A DNA stretch of 64,000 nt from contig JBLLNS010000008.1 of assembly GCA_048058835.1 (NCBI GenBank), forward strand, positions 56,231 to 120,230, written 5' to 3'. The stretch is from Oleiphilus sp. (GTDB lineage: Bacteria; Pseudomonadota; Gammaproteobacteria; Pseudomonadales; Oleiphilaceae). A program made the position numbers and the translations under genes. Every line of letters begins with the position of its first letter. Position 1 is the first letter of the stretch. Shown piece after piece: positions 26,401 through 34,086 of this stretch. The notes beneath the pieces are model-generated. The model was not told where the DNA came from, ran no database searches, and saw only the letters and a program-made list of their open reading frames with translations.

Positions 26401-28178
26401 CCATCCCAGCGCATTTGACTACCAATAACCAAAGGTGAAGCTGAGTAATTTTGTAGAAAATTAAAGGTTCTACATGAAATTGTACCGGCTATGTTATCTG
26501 GCGTTGCTTGGGCTTCTGATGAAATAGTAGTGCCCGCGGCATCTTTGAAGTCTGCTATCAAGCCATTTTCGATTGCGAGAAAAGCAATTTCTTCGGCAGC
26601 ACTGATCGTGCCTGTATTCGTTTCAGCTCTATCTAGCGCAATTTGCCCGCCTGATGAGCTAATATTTCTGGCAGCAGTGGTCATCCAGGGGCGAGAAGGC
26701 GAACCAGGAGTGTGGCCAGTCTCACTGTTCATGGACTGGATTTGAGATAAAAAGGCAGGCGTAGAGCCAAAGCTGGTGGCAAAGCTAAAGTTGAACCAGG
26801 AATCACCGGAGAGTCGTTTTGATTGGAAGTTACTAATTTCATCAGGCGGAACAACAGGCCCAATTTCAATTTCTGTGCCGTCAGGGAAGGTAAACTCACC
26901 TTTGGATATGGCTAGATAATTAATAGTTGTTGCTTGGTCGCTGGCATCTGAGACAATACTGTCCGGCTCAACGGGTACAACCTGAAAGCTTTCTTCGGTA
27001 ATGTTGCGGATTCGAACTGAAGACGGCTCGGGATTTTGATTATCTTCTAATAGAAATACCGCAGGAGGAAACGGATAAACCTGATCAAAATTAATTGTCG
27101 TAAAGCTACTTGGCGACAACGTGGCAGAGTTTGATTCCAGCATTAAGCTGTTGGCTGTTGTTAAAGACGTGGGCGCGTTGGAGTCGTAATAAAAACTACT
27201 CGAAAATACCAAAAGGCTCGCGTCTTCATTGCCATGGCTGCGCTCATTATCTTGGTCAGTGTCCTCATCCACAGACAAGCCTAAACTACTGCTGCTCGAT
27301 GAGCATTCTCTGAACCACCCTCCATCGCCATCATTTCGTGATGATTTTGTGGCAACGGCTATCGGTGTTGCGCTGTAGCTGCCTGAGTAGCTAATGGTGT
27401 CGCAGCCATTATTCCAACCATCAATACTGGAAGCGCTATAGATTGTTTCAAAGTTAACAAGGAGATTGCCGCTGGCGCGAAAATTTCCTATCAGGTTTCT
27501 GTCCATCACCACGTAACCAATATCTTCATTACTACTCAAATTATCGAACTGAAAGTTACTACCGGTGATGCGGTCATAAACTTCACTTCGTTCTAAAGCA
27601 ATATCAGCTTGCGTATTGCTGATATTGTCGACTGCGACAGTGAGCCAAGGTTCTGATGGTCGTCTCGGTATCGTAGCGGTCTCGTTGGTGATGCTTTGTA
27701 TAGTGGCGAGTAAAACCGGTGATGCAAAGGTTCTACTGAAGCTTACGGTGTCCCATCCCTTACGCCCATTGGGATTTCCGTTAAACTGCATTGTATCTGT
27801 ACTGATTGTGCCGGCCTCAATGAATTCGCCATCTGGAAAGCTATGCAAGCCGGGTTCAATAGCAATATAGGAAACCGTCATGGCGGCATGCGGCCCATCC
27901 TCAGACTTAGGTTCCACAGGCGACATCCTAAAACCGGTCGTGCTGATGTTTGATATTCGAACCGCGCCTGGCTGTGAGCCCTCAGAAGTAGGCAATGCAA
28001 TAACAATGGGAGGAACATCGTATATTTGTTGAAAAGTATGGCTTTCTAACTGAGTCAGCGATGAGGTGGCGCTGAGCGTTAATGTACCTGCTTCCATCTT
28101 CCAAGCGTGTGCATAATTGTTGATGCCTAGAATGAAAAGCACAAAAGTGAAAATTGCTGAATTTAATAAATAACGCAA
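23496..28178 (-). CDS. Giant secreted LamG-domain protein, MshQ-like (DUF6701-type C-terminus)
   Basis: 1560 aa with a signal peptide ending AHA. It has two tandem N-terminal modules of about 300 aa. A Laminin_G_3-type domain follows (GLNGQAVGD...FDGTGDYIEIPD...LTVMAWV...GTWHHVAITY...IDEVKIFERALS). The C-terminal pattern is RYGRWAMDNAFGPE...IIYWREI. The start codon is TTG. Confidence 0.75.
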   Translation of the reverse strand: MRYLLNSAIFTFVLFILGINNYAHAWKMEAGTLTLSATSSLTQLESHTFQQIYDVPPIVIALPTSEGSQPGAVRISNISTTGFRMSPVEPKSEDGPHAAMTVSYIAIEPGLHSFPDGEFIEAGTISTDTMQFNGNPNGRKGWDTVSFSRTFASPVLLATIQSITNETATIPRRPSEPWLTVAVDNISNTQADIALERSEVYDRITGSNFQFDNLSSNEDIGYVVMDRNLIGNFRASGNLLVNFETIYSASSIDGWNNGCDTISYSGSYSATPIAVATKSSRNDGDGGWFRECSSSSSSLGLSVDEDTDQDNERSHGNEDASLLVFSSSFYYDSNAPTSLTTANSLMLESNSATLSPSSFTTINFDQVYPFPPAVFLLEDNQNPEPSSVRIRNITEESFQVVPVEPDSIVSDASDQATTINYLAISKGEFTFPDGTEIEIGPVVPPDEISNFQSKRLSGDSWFNFSFATSFGSTPAFLSQIQSMNSETGHTPGSPSRPWMTTAARNISSSGGQIALDRAETNTGTISAAEEIAFLAIENGLIADFKDAAGTTISSEAQATPDNIAGTISCRTFNFLQNYSASPLVIGSQMRWDGGDGGWLRRCATSNTQVSLKIEEDWALDRDNAHTTESAGFMAFSEPFHADFSLVANYQLEGPSWNGTAGEVIDSSNSGLNGQAVGDARAYPAQVCNGALFDGTGDYIEIPDDPILDISDELTVMAWVNAATLPSSDLMTIVSKDTNFEFHLDTAGRVFWWWNNSSGSSRSFTSDASTLSTGTWHHVAITYSRSEGSQKIFVDGVEANSQSYTNESLINNSIPLHIGTDYAYRSRDFNGSIDEVKIFERALSTAAIQKYAAESRPCASCVLGSFDIAQPSYSLACPDTRAAIDITARCVDGTVKTDYTGTVNLSGPSGSTFYDAASAGTEINSLTYDFSDSGVLTTYLYFDNENTNVQVTANDTAASVSSTAATGTDFRAFGFNVTTEPSSFACSDSTTMTMVAYGQTDFASGGACEIITGFDGNKTLDSWFRATVDDDNIADTLSQNLTVAGTNISAQDASAADNLTLEFINGEASFDISYSNAAKFLDLNFRYDTAPYDGSEFSAMAASTDEFVSKPSQFLIQARSGATSITGASNSTGTTHAAGQAFDLSLLALCSDGNLAGDYAPNQTSDTIMSYLQRTGPLGGSSVDGTMNISATKELTSDDDSSITWESAEIPSSDFTSGIYSYSGARYSEVGLTRLHFKDQDYFGEEITASSLNIGRFIPDHFEVSTTSGSLSPFCSPSSDPDFSYIGQEIAYASLPTVLIQARNANNEATQNYTESGYMKLSPTDVSRFFPSEDETALGQDGANELTITSSALIPASFTTSSAGNMLYTFLNTDRFTYNRDANSLVAPVNTGVKVQITDIEDSDSVGSNAEPYDIEPSGIQLRYGRWAMDNAFGPETQSLGIPMRIESWNGSSFVTNTSDDCSSFSAANLIDTESLSGGSTTPSGSGTLGSGEAARVDQIRLSSPGENNLGSVGLEYQVDSWLRFDWDNDASTADTNPTATAIFGQYRGHDTIIYWREINN

Positions 28179-28401
28179 AGTAAAGCCTGCTTATGAAAAT
28201 ATTTACCTAAGCTTAAGATATTTTACGGAATTTACTAGTGTAATCCGGTAGTTAAATGTCAGAAGGGTATCGCTAAGTATGTTCTTGTGACGGAATATTG
28301 CAGCACGCTGTCTACCTTACCGTTTGCAAATAAATAGCAGTAATGGAGGCTTCATGAAAGCGGCACGTGGACCAAATGAATAACCTTATGCCTAAAAATG
28401 G

Positions 28402-28431
28402 CTTCGTGATAAAAAAGTGATAACTTCGTGA
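28402..28431 (+). promoter_or_regulatory. Helically phased direct repeats, a candidate OmpR-family binding site
   Basis: GTGA occurs at 28406, 28417 and 28428 (exact 11-bp spacing: GTGATAA, GTGATAA, GTGAAGC). CTTCGTGA occurs at 28402 and 28424. The site is about 95-120 bp upstream of the ATG at 28525. Confidence 0.35.
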
Positions 28432-28524
28432 AGCTCTCTCAACTTTTGCAATTTACAGTCTTTCCTGCACAACACGCACTCGCGTGACGATAATCATAAC
28501 GACTAGACAAAAAAGGAAAGACAG

Positions 28525-29280
28525 ATGAAATTATCCACACAATACTTAAGCAAAGCGAATCAGGCCGCGACCAGCCTTTCTAAAAGACTATTACTCACCT
28601 CCTTGCCATTATTGACTGCAATGGCCGCAACGGATGTTCAAGCCGAGGTTGTCGATATAAAACTCACCAACTTGACGCAAGGGATCTATTTCACACCTTT
28701 TTTGGTCAGCGCACATGTAGATACAAGTGACTTTTTTACAGTTGGCGACACCGCCTCAACAGCACTGCAAGCCATGGCTGAGGGTGGCGATATCTCCGGG
28801 CTAGTGACTTATGCCGATGGGGTTGGCGCCGTCAGTGTCGAAAATCCCGCTGAAGGTGTGTTGGCACCGGGGGCATCTGTCGAGATTGAAGATATGGCCA
28901 CAGGGCTTAACGACCACCTATCAATCATGGCCATGCTGTTACCGACCAATGATGGCTTTGTCGGCCTTGATAGTTGGGAAATACCAGAAACCGCCGGCAC
29001 CTATACCTTGTATTTGAATGCCTATGATGCAGGGACGGAAGCGAATGATGAACTGGTGAATGGCGGAGGCGCGCCAGGCGTAGCCGGTATTCCTGCTAAC
29101 CCCGGTGGTAACAGCGGTGACAATGGAACCGGTGTCACTAGCTCTGAGTTAAATCAAATGATTCATGTTCACCGTGGCAATGTCGGCGATACCGATGCAA
29201 CAGGAGGGATAAGCGACCTTGATAGCCGTATTCATCGTTGGTTAAACCCGGTAGTTAAAGTGACTGTGACGGTTAAATAG
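28525..29280 (+). CDS. Secreted protein, probable spondin_N-like domain (paralog 1)
   Basis: It has a signal peptide (ATDVQA). It shares these motifs with the next gene: LTNLTQGIYFTPF, LLPTNDGFVGL, NAYDAGTEANDELV and VVKVTVTV. The family call is from memory of bacterial 'spondin domain-containing' proteins. Confidence 0.55.
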   Translation: MKLSTQYLSKANQAATSLSKRLLLTSLPLLTAMAATDVQAEVVDIKLTNLTQGIYFTPFLVSAHVDTSDFFTVGDTASTALQAMAEGGDISGLVTYADGVGAVSVENPAEGVLAPGASVEIEDMATGLNDHLSIMAMLLPTNDGFVGLDSWEIPETAGTYTLYLNAYDAGTEANDELVNGGGAPGVAGIPANPGGNSGDNGTGVTSSELNQMIHVHRGNVGDTDATGGISDLDSRIHRWLNPVVKVTVTVK

Positions 29281-29314
29281 CTTAGGTTTTTTACATTTTA
29301 GAAGGAGAAATAAT

Positions 29315-30061
29315 ATGAACAAATCAAGTTATTTTGTAAGAAACCGTTTAGCTGAACAGACAAAACCCTACTTCAGCGTTGTAGCTTTAAAAAAAGCTGG
29401 TATCGGTATATCGGCGACATTAGCTGTTTTACTGATGGCGGGTTGTAGTAGTGATGACGATATCAACTATGTAGATTATGAAGTAGAAATCGTTAATTTA
29501 ACGCATAACCAGCCTTTTTCGCCTTTAGCATTACGCGGTGATAGCGCGAATTACCGTGCATGGACAATTGGTGAAACAGCATCAGAAGGGATTGAGTATA
29601 TTGCGGAAGCGGGTGATAACAGCCAGTTCTTGGGCACCACTTCGACTAAGAAATCGGCATCTGGAACTGGCATTATAGCACCCGGTGAGACGGCAGTGAT
29701 TGACCTAAGAACCAAAGAAAAAGCACGTTATCTTAGTGCTGTCACGATGCTGGTTAATACAAATGATGCCTTTGCAGGGGTGACTGGGTTGAATCTTGCC
29801 TCGCTTTCCGTTGGCGAACAGACTAGCCTCTATCTACCGGTCTATGATGCGGGCACCGAAGCCAATGATGAATTGCTTGGCAGTATTCCTGGCCCTGCAG
29901 ATGGTGGAGAAGGTTTTAATTCTGAGCGAGACGATGTTGATTTTGTGGCGATGCATCCAGGTGTGGTTGGTCGTGATGATGGCTATGCCGATTCGGTACT
30001 GGATAGTACGCATAAATTTGATGGGCCGGTCGCTAAGTTAACCGTGATACGGACAAATTAA
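29315..30061 (+). CDS. Lipoprotein, probable spondin_N-like domain (paralog 2)
   Basis: The lipobox is LLMAGCSS. Motifs are IVNLTHNQPFSPLAL, MLVNTNDAFAGV, YDAGTEANDELLGSIPGPADGGEGFN, MHPGVVG and VAKLTVIR. Confidence 0.6.
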   Translation: MNKSSYFVRNRLAEQTKPYFSVVALKKAGIGISATLAVLLMAGCSSDDDINYVDYEVEIVNLTHNQPFSPLALRGDSANYRAWTIGETASEGIEYIAEAGDNSQFLGTTSTKKSASGTGIIAPGETAVIDLRTKEKARYLSAVTMLVNTNDAFAGVTGLNLASLSVGEQTSLYLPVYDAGTEANDELLGSIPGPADGGEGFNSERDDVDFVAMHPGVVGRDDGYADSVLDSTHKFDGPVAKLTVIRTN

Positions 30062-30134
30062 TGGCGTGATGCCACCATGTTGAAGGTAGCCTAGATTATT
30101 TCTGGGCTAGCTTTGATTCAAGGAGAAACAGTAG

Positions 30135-30833
30135 ATGGCAGAGAGCGTTCTGATCGTAGAGGATGATCTAGACATAAATAACTTATTGGCGATCAACTTA
30201 CGCGCGTCAGGCTATGATGTAGATACCACGGATAACGGTGCCCAAGCGTTGACCATGGCGACAACGGGGGATTTTGATCTGCTGATTCTGGATATTATGC
30301 TTCCCGATTTGGATGGTCTTGAAATCTGCCGCCGTATTCGAGCCCAGGGAAAAACGACACCCATATTAATGCTGACAGCAAAAGATAGTGAAATAGATCG
30401 TGTCGTCGGTTTAGAAATGGGTGCAGACGATTATCTAACAAAGCCTTTTAGTGTGCGCGAGCTTCAAGCGAGAGTGAAAGCCTTGTTACGTCGCGTCGAG
30501 ATGATGCGACAACCTGCAGCGCCAGTAAAAGAAATTCTTCAATTTGGCGCGCTGAGTATTTGCCCGACTAAACGTGCCGTTGTCTTAGATGATAAAACGA
30601 TAGAGTTAACCGGCACCGAATTTGATTTACTGCTTTATCTTGCGAGACACCCCGGTATGGTGTTTAGCCGAGCACAATTACTCGATAGTATTTGGGGTTA
30701 CCAGCATTCCGGCTACGAACATACCGTCAATTCTCATATCAACCGTTTGAGAACAAAAATAGAACACGACCCCGCTAAGCCGGATTACGTTTTAACCGTC
30801 TGGGGTGTGGGGTACAAATTTAATGAGCAGTAA
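30135..30833 (+). CDS. OmpR/PhoB-family response regulator
   Basis: The receiver domain (VLIVEDDLD...LLILDIMLPDLDG...KP) is followed by a winged-helix output domain (LTGTEFDLLLYLARHPG...VWGVGYKF). Confidence 0.9.
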   Translation: MAESVLIVEDDLDINNLLAINLRASGYDVDTTDNGAQALTMATTGDFDLLILDIMLPDLDGLEICRRIRAQGKTTPILMLTAKDSEIDRVVGLEMGADDYLTKPFSVRELQARVKALLRRVEMMRQPAAPVKEILQFGALSICPTKRAVVLDDKTIELTGTEFDLLLYLARHPGMVFSRAQLLDSIWGYQHSGYEHTVNSHINRLRTKIEHDPAKPDYVLTVWGVGYKFNEQ

Positions 30834-32349
30834 ATGGTTCCATGCTTTCCAAGGGCGTTTCTATAGCAAATTAGTGTTTGCCTTAATGGCCAGTTTTATC
30901 TTGGTCAGTTTGTTCATGATGTATTTAATGAATCAACTCACCCACAGTTATCAGAATGAAGTTGAGCAAAAACTTCATCGTCAACTGGCACAACATATGG
31001 TGAAAGATCATCAATTACTTAAGCAAGGTGAACTTGATCATAAAGCGCTAAAACATGCATTTCATAGCATGATGGTGCTAGGGCCAGCATTTGAGTTTTA
31101 TGTGCTCGATCAGCAAGGCAATATTCAAACGTATTCTGCCGAGCCCGGTAAGGTTAAACGTGAATCTGTTAGCTTGGCTGCGATCAACAAATTTTTAAGC
31201 AGTGATGCTGTCCTCCCGATAGTGGGAGACGACCCTCGATCACATTCACGCCAAAAAATATTTTCAGCCGCTGAAATACGCCATGATCAAAACTTGGTGG
31301 GCTATTTGTACATTATTATTGGTGGTGAAAAATATGACGATGTTGTCGATGTGTTAAAGGAAAGTCATATCATTAAGCTGGGTTTGTGGGGCGTCATCGC
31401 CTCACTTGTTTTCATTTTGCTGACACTCATGTTCGTATTTGCTCTATTAACCAAACCTTTACGAAAGCTCAGTGAAGATATGCATTTATTCAGAAAATCC
31501 GGTTTTAAATTAAGTACTGAACGCTTACAAAACGATATGAATGACTGGAATGAAAAGGGCGATGAAATTCACCGCCTAGGAGCGACTTTCCGGGCAATGT
31601 CCTGTGAAATGCAACATCAGTACGAAAAAGTAAAAACAACAGATGAGCTGCGCAAGGAACTGATTTCTTATGTCTCCCACGATCTGCGTACGCCATTATC
31701 TGCTTTGTTGGGCTATCTAGAAACCTGGCAACTTTCCAAAGATAAATTGAGTGACACTGAGAAAGATCAATTAGTGAGTATTGCCTTGGAAAATGGTCAG
31801 CATATTAGTAATTTGGTCGAGCAATTGTTTGAGTTAGCGCGCTTGGATAGTGATCACGTGGCACTAGATCTGGAGTCCGTTTCGTTAGCTGATCTGAGTT
31901 TTGATGTTGTTCAATCTCTGTCATTACTCGCAAGCTCTCAGAATATTTCGTTACAGGTCATTCATCCGGAGAACGATGCTTTATTAGTACAAGCAGATTT
32001 GCCAAAGTTGGAGCGCGTCTTTGTTAACCTAATCGACAATGCAATCCGGCACTGTCAGGAAGGTGATGAGATTAAGGTACAACTTGAGCGTGTTTCGAGT
32101 GAGCCGAATGGCACGCAAGACTCGATAACTGTCAGTATTCAAGACTCAGGTAGCGGTATTCCGGAATCAGACTTACCGTTTATTTTTGATGCTTATTATC
32201 GCGCTGGAAACAGCACCAAAAGCAAAAAAGGAAATAGCGGCTTAGGTTTGGCTATCAGTAAAAAAATAATCGAACTGCATCAGTCTGAGTTACTCGTGTC
32301 GAGTGAACTAGGGAAGGGCAGTACCTTTAGTTTCAAACTAAGAGCTTAA
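30823..32349 (+). CDS. Sensor histidine kinase (two TM segments, HAMP, HisKA, HATPase_c)
   Basis: It has the H-box SHDLRTPLSAL, the N-box NLIDNAIRH and the G-boxes DSGSGIP and GLGLAISK. The start is set at ATG 30823 and overlaps the response regulator stop. ORF-track start 30805 is an alternative. Confidence 0.9.
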   Translation: MSSKWFHAFQGRFYSKLVFALMASFILVSLFMMYLMNQLTHSYQNEVEQKLHRQLAQHMVKDHQLLKQGELDHKALKHAFHSMMVLGPAFEFYVLDQQGNIQTYSAEPGKVKRESVSLAAINKFLSSDAVLPIVGDDPRSHSRQKIFSAAEIRHDQNLVGYLYIIIGGEKYDDVVDVLKESHIIKLGLWGVIASLVFILLTLMFVFALLTKPLRKLSEDMHLFRKSGFKLSTERLQNDMNDWNEKGDEIHRLGATFRAMSCEMQHQYEKVKTTDELRKELISYVSHDLRTPLSALLGYLETWQLSKDKLSDTEKDQLVSIALENGQHISNLVEQLFELARLDSDHVALDLESVSLADLSFDVVQSLSLLASSQNISLQVIHPENDALLVQADLPKLERVFVNLIDNAIRHCQEGDEIKVQLERVSSEPNGTQDSITVSIQDSGSGIPESDLPFIFDAYYRAGNSTKSKKGNSGLGLAISKKIIELHQSELLVSSELGKGSTFSFKLRA

Positions 32350-32451
32350 AACTATGTACTTGATGTATAGGCTCGAACCTCGTTTCGCACCCTATGTTTA
32401 GATACAGATTGAAAAAAGTGATTCGCCTATTAATTCTGCATTAAAGCTAAA

Positions 32452-32526
32452 ATGTGGTGCACCATGTGCAACACCTAAGCCTCATCATAATAATTTAGTC
32501 CGCCGGTGCGCATTGCGCACCCTATA
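32452..32526. repeat. Type A REP doublet, second copy
   Basis: GGTGCACCATGTGCAACACC ... TAGTCCGCCGGTGCGCATTGCGCACCCTATA. It is the reverse complement of 10652-10720 plus 12136-12143. Confidence 0.75.
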
Positions 32527-32534
32527 GATGTATA

Positions 32535-32925
32535 GGCGTCTTAATTTGGCACAACCGAGCCTTTGCATACCCTCGGGCGAACACTCGTCATTGACGCGTA
32601 GGCGTCAATCCATTGTCTTAGTCGCTAAGTTCAATAGCTAGCTCTTTACCTCCAAGCTTCGAATAGCTTAAACCATAGATTCCGTAACGGGTACGGAATG
32701 ACGAGAAGGTAGAGTTGCGTTTTAGCGGGAATGCTTGAGGCTTGATCTGGCACACACCCGTCATTGTCGCGCAGGCGTCAATCCATTGTCTCGGTCACTA
32801 GTTCATTCGCCAGACTTTTACCTCTTAGCTTTGAATAACTTAAACCATAGATTCCGTAACGAGTACGGAATGACGGTTGATTAGAGTTGCGTTTTAGCGG
32901 GAACGCTTGAGGCTTGATCTGGCAC
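32535..32925. repeat. Tandem modular repeat: two units of about 170-200 bp plus the start of a third, each made of several hairpins
   Basis: Units start with GGCKTNTTRATYTGGCACA at 32535, 32739 and 32909. They share GTCATTGNCGCGNAGGCGTCAATCCATTGTC, AAACCATAGATTCCGTAACGRGTACGGAATGACG and AGAGTTGCGTTTTAGCGGGAAYGCTTGA. Confidence 0.8.
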
Positions 32926-33024
32926 AAACGAGTCTTTACATTACCTCGGGCGAACACACAGGTTCGTCTCTACTGTGATGTATGGCTCACTCCTCGTAGG
33001 GGCAGACCTATGTGTCTGCCCTCA
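32909..33024. repeat. Composite REP element (type B), second copy
   Basis: It contains CGGGCGAACACACAGGTTCGTCTCTAC (32947-32973) and GTAGGGGCAGACCTATGTGTCTGCCC (32996-33021). The latter is identical to 12239-12264. Confidence 0.8.
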
Positions 33025-33184
33025 CTAAAATTTGAGATCTCTAGTCTTAGCCTCAACTTCAACAGGGGAGGTGGGATTCTGACTGTTACGATTTAATGGA
33101 TAAGCCTGTTCCACCTTGAGACGTGGTAGATGTGATGTTTGGCTGTTATATTGTGGTTAACTTTACAGCTAACAGGACGCCATT

Positions 33185-34027
33185 ATGAGCAATGATACCC
33201 ACTACACTCCGCCGAAAGTCTGGACATGGGACAAAGAATCCGGCGGTAAATTTGCTAGTATTAATCGGCCTATTGCGGGTCCAACGCACGATAAAGAACT
33301 CTCTGTCGGCAAGCATCCCTTTCAACTTTACTCACTTGCCACACCCAATGGTGTCAAAGTCACCATCATGTTCGAAGAGCTTCTAGCGCTTGGGCATTCA
33401 GGTGCAGAATATGATGCTTGGTTAATCGATATTAGCAGTGGTGATCAGTTTGGCAGTGGGTTCACAGAGATTAATCCCAATTCTAAGATCCCTGCTTTGT
33501 TAGATAATAGCAGCACACCGCCGGTCAGAATTTTCGAATCCGGTGCTATTCTGGTTTATCTTGCTGAAAAGTTTAATGCGTTTCTTCCCACTGAGTCGGC
33601 AGCACGGGCAGAGTGTATGTCATGGTTATTTTGGCAAATGGGCAGTGCGCCTTTCTTAGGTGGTGGCTTTGGTCACTTTTATGCTTATGCACCAACTAAA
33701 CAGGCGTACCCCATTGACCGTTATGCCATGGAGGTTAAACGTCAGCTTGATGTGTTGGATAGACAGTTAAGCGAACACACCTACCTATGTGGTGAAGACT
33801 ACACCATTGCTGATATGGCTACCTATGCATGGTACGGTGTCTTGGTCGAAGGGAAGTTATATGACGCGGCTGAGTTTCTCGATGTGACGTCCTATAAACA
33901 TGTCGTGCGATGGGCTAAGCTTATTCATGATCGACCGGCCGTTAAGCGTGGTAAACGTGTTAATCGTGCTTGGGGTGACCCAGCTTCACAACTTCTTGAA
34001 CGGCATGATGCGATTGATTTAGATTAG
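33185..34027 (+). CDS. yghU: Nu-class glutathione S-transferase (YghU-like)
   Basis: 280 aa. The N-terminus YTPPKVWTWDKESGGKFASINRPIAGPTHDKEL..GKHPFQLYSLATPNGVKV is characteristic of YghU-type GSTs. Confidence 0.8.
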   Translation: MSNDTHYTPPKVWTWDKESGGKFASINRPIAGPTHDKELSVGKHPFQLYSLATPNGVKVTIMFEELLALGHSGAEYDAWLIDISSGDQFGSGFTEINPNSKIPALLDNSSTPPVRIFESGAILVYLAEKFNAFLPTESAARAECMSWLFWQMGSAPFLGGGFGHFYAYAPTKQAYPIDRYAMEVKRQLDVLDRQLSEHTYLCGEDYTIADMATYAWYGVLVEGKLYDAAEFLDVTSYKHVVRWAKLIHDRPAVKRGKRVNRAWGDPASQLLERHDAIDLD

Positions 34028-34086
34028 CCGTAGAGACAAATACACAGCGTTTTTGATGACTACATTCATCTTTCTTAGGAGGAAAT

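Noticed and set aside
32535-32925. Tandem repeats that might be mistaken for a CRISPR array
   Set aside because: The units are about 170-200 bp, not 24-48 bp. They are directly adjacent with no unique spacers, they are internally palindromic, and no cas genes are in the window. They are better explained as composite REP/MITE modules.
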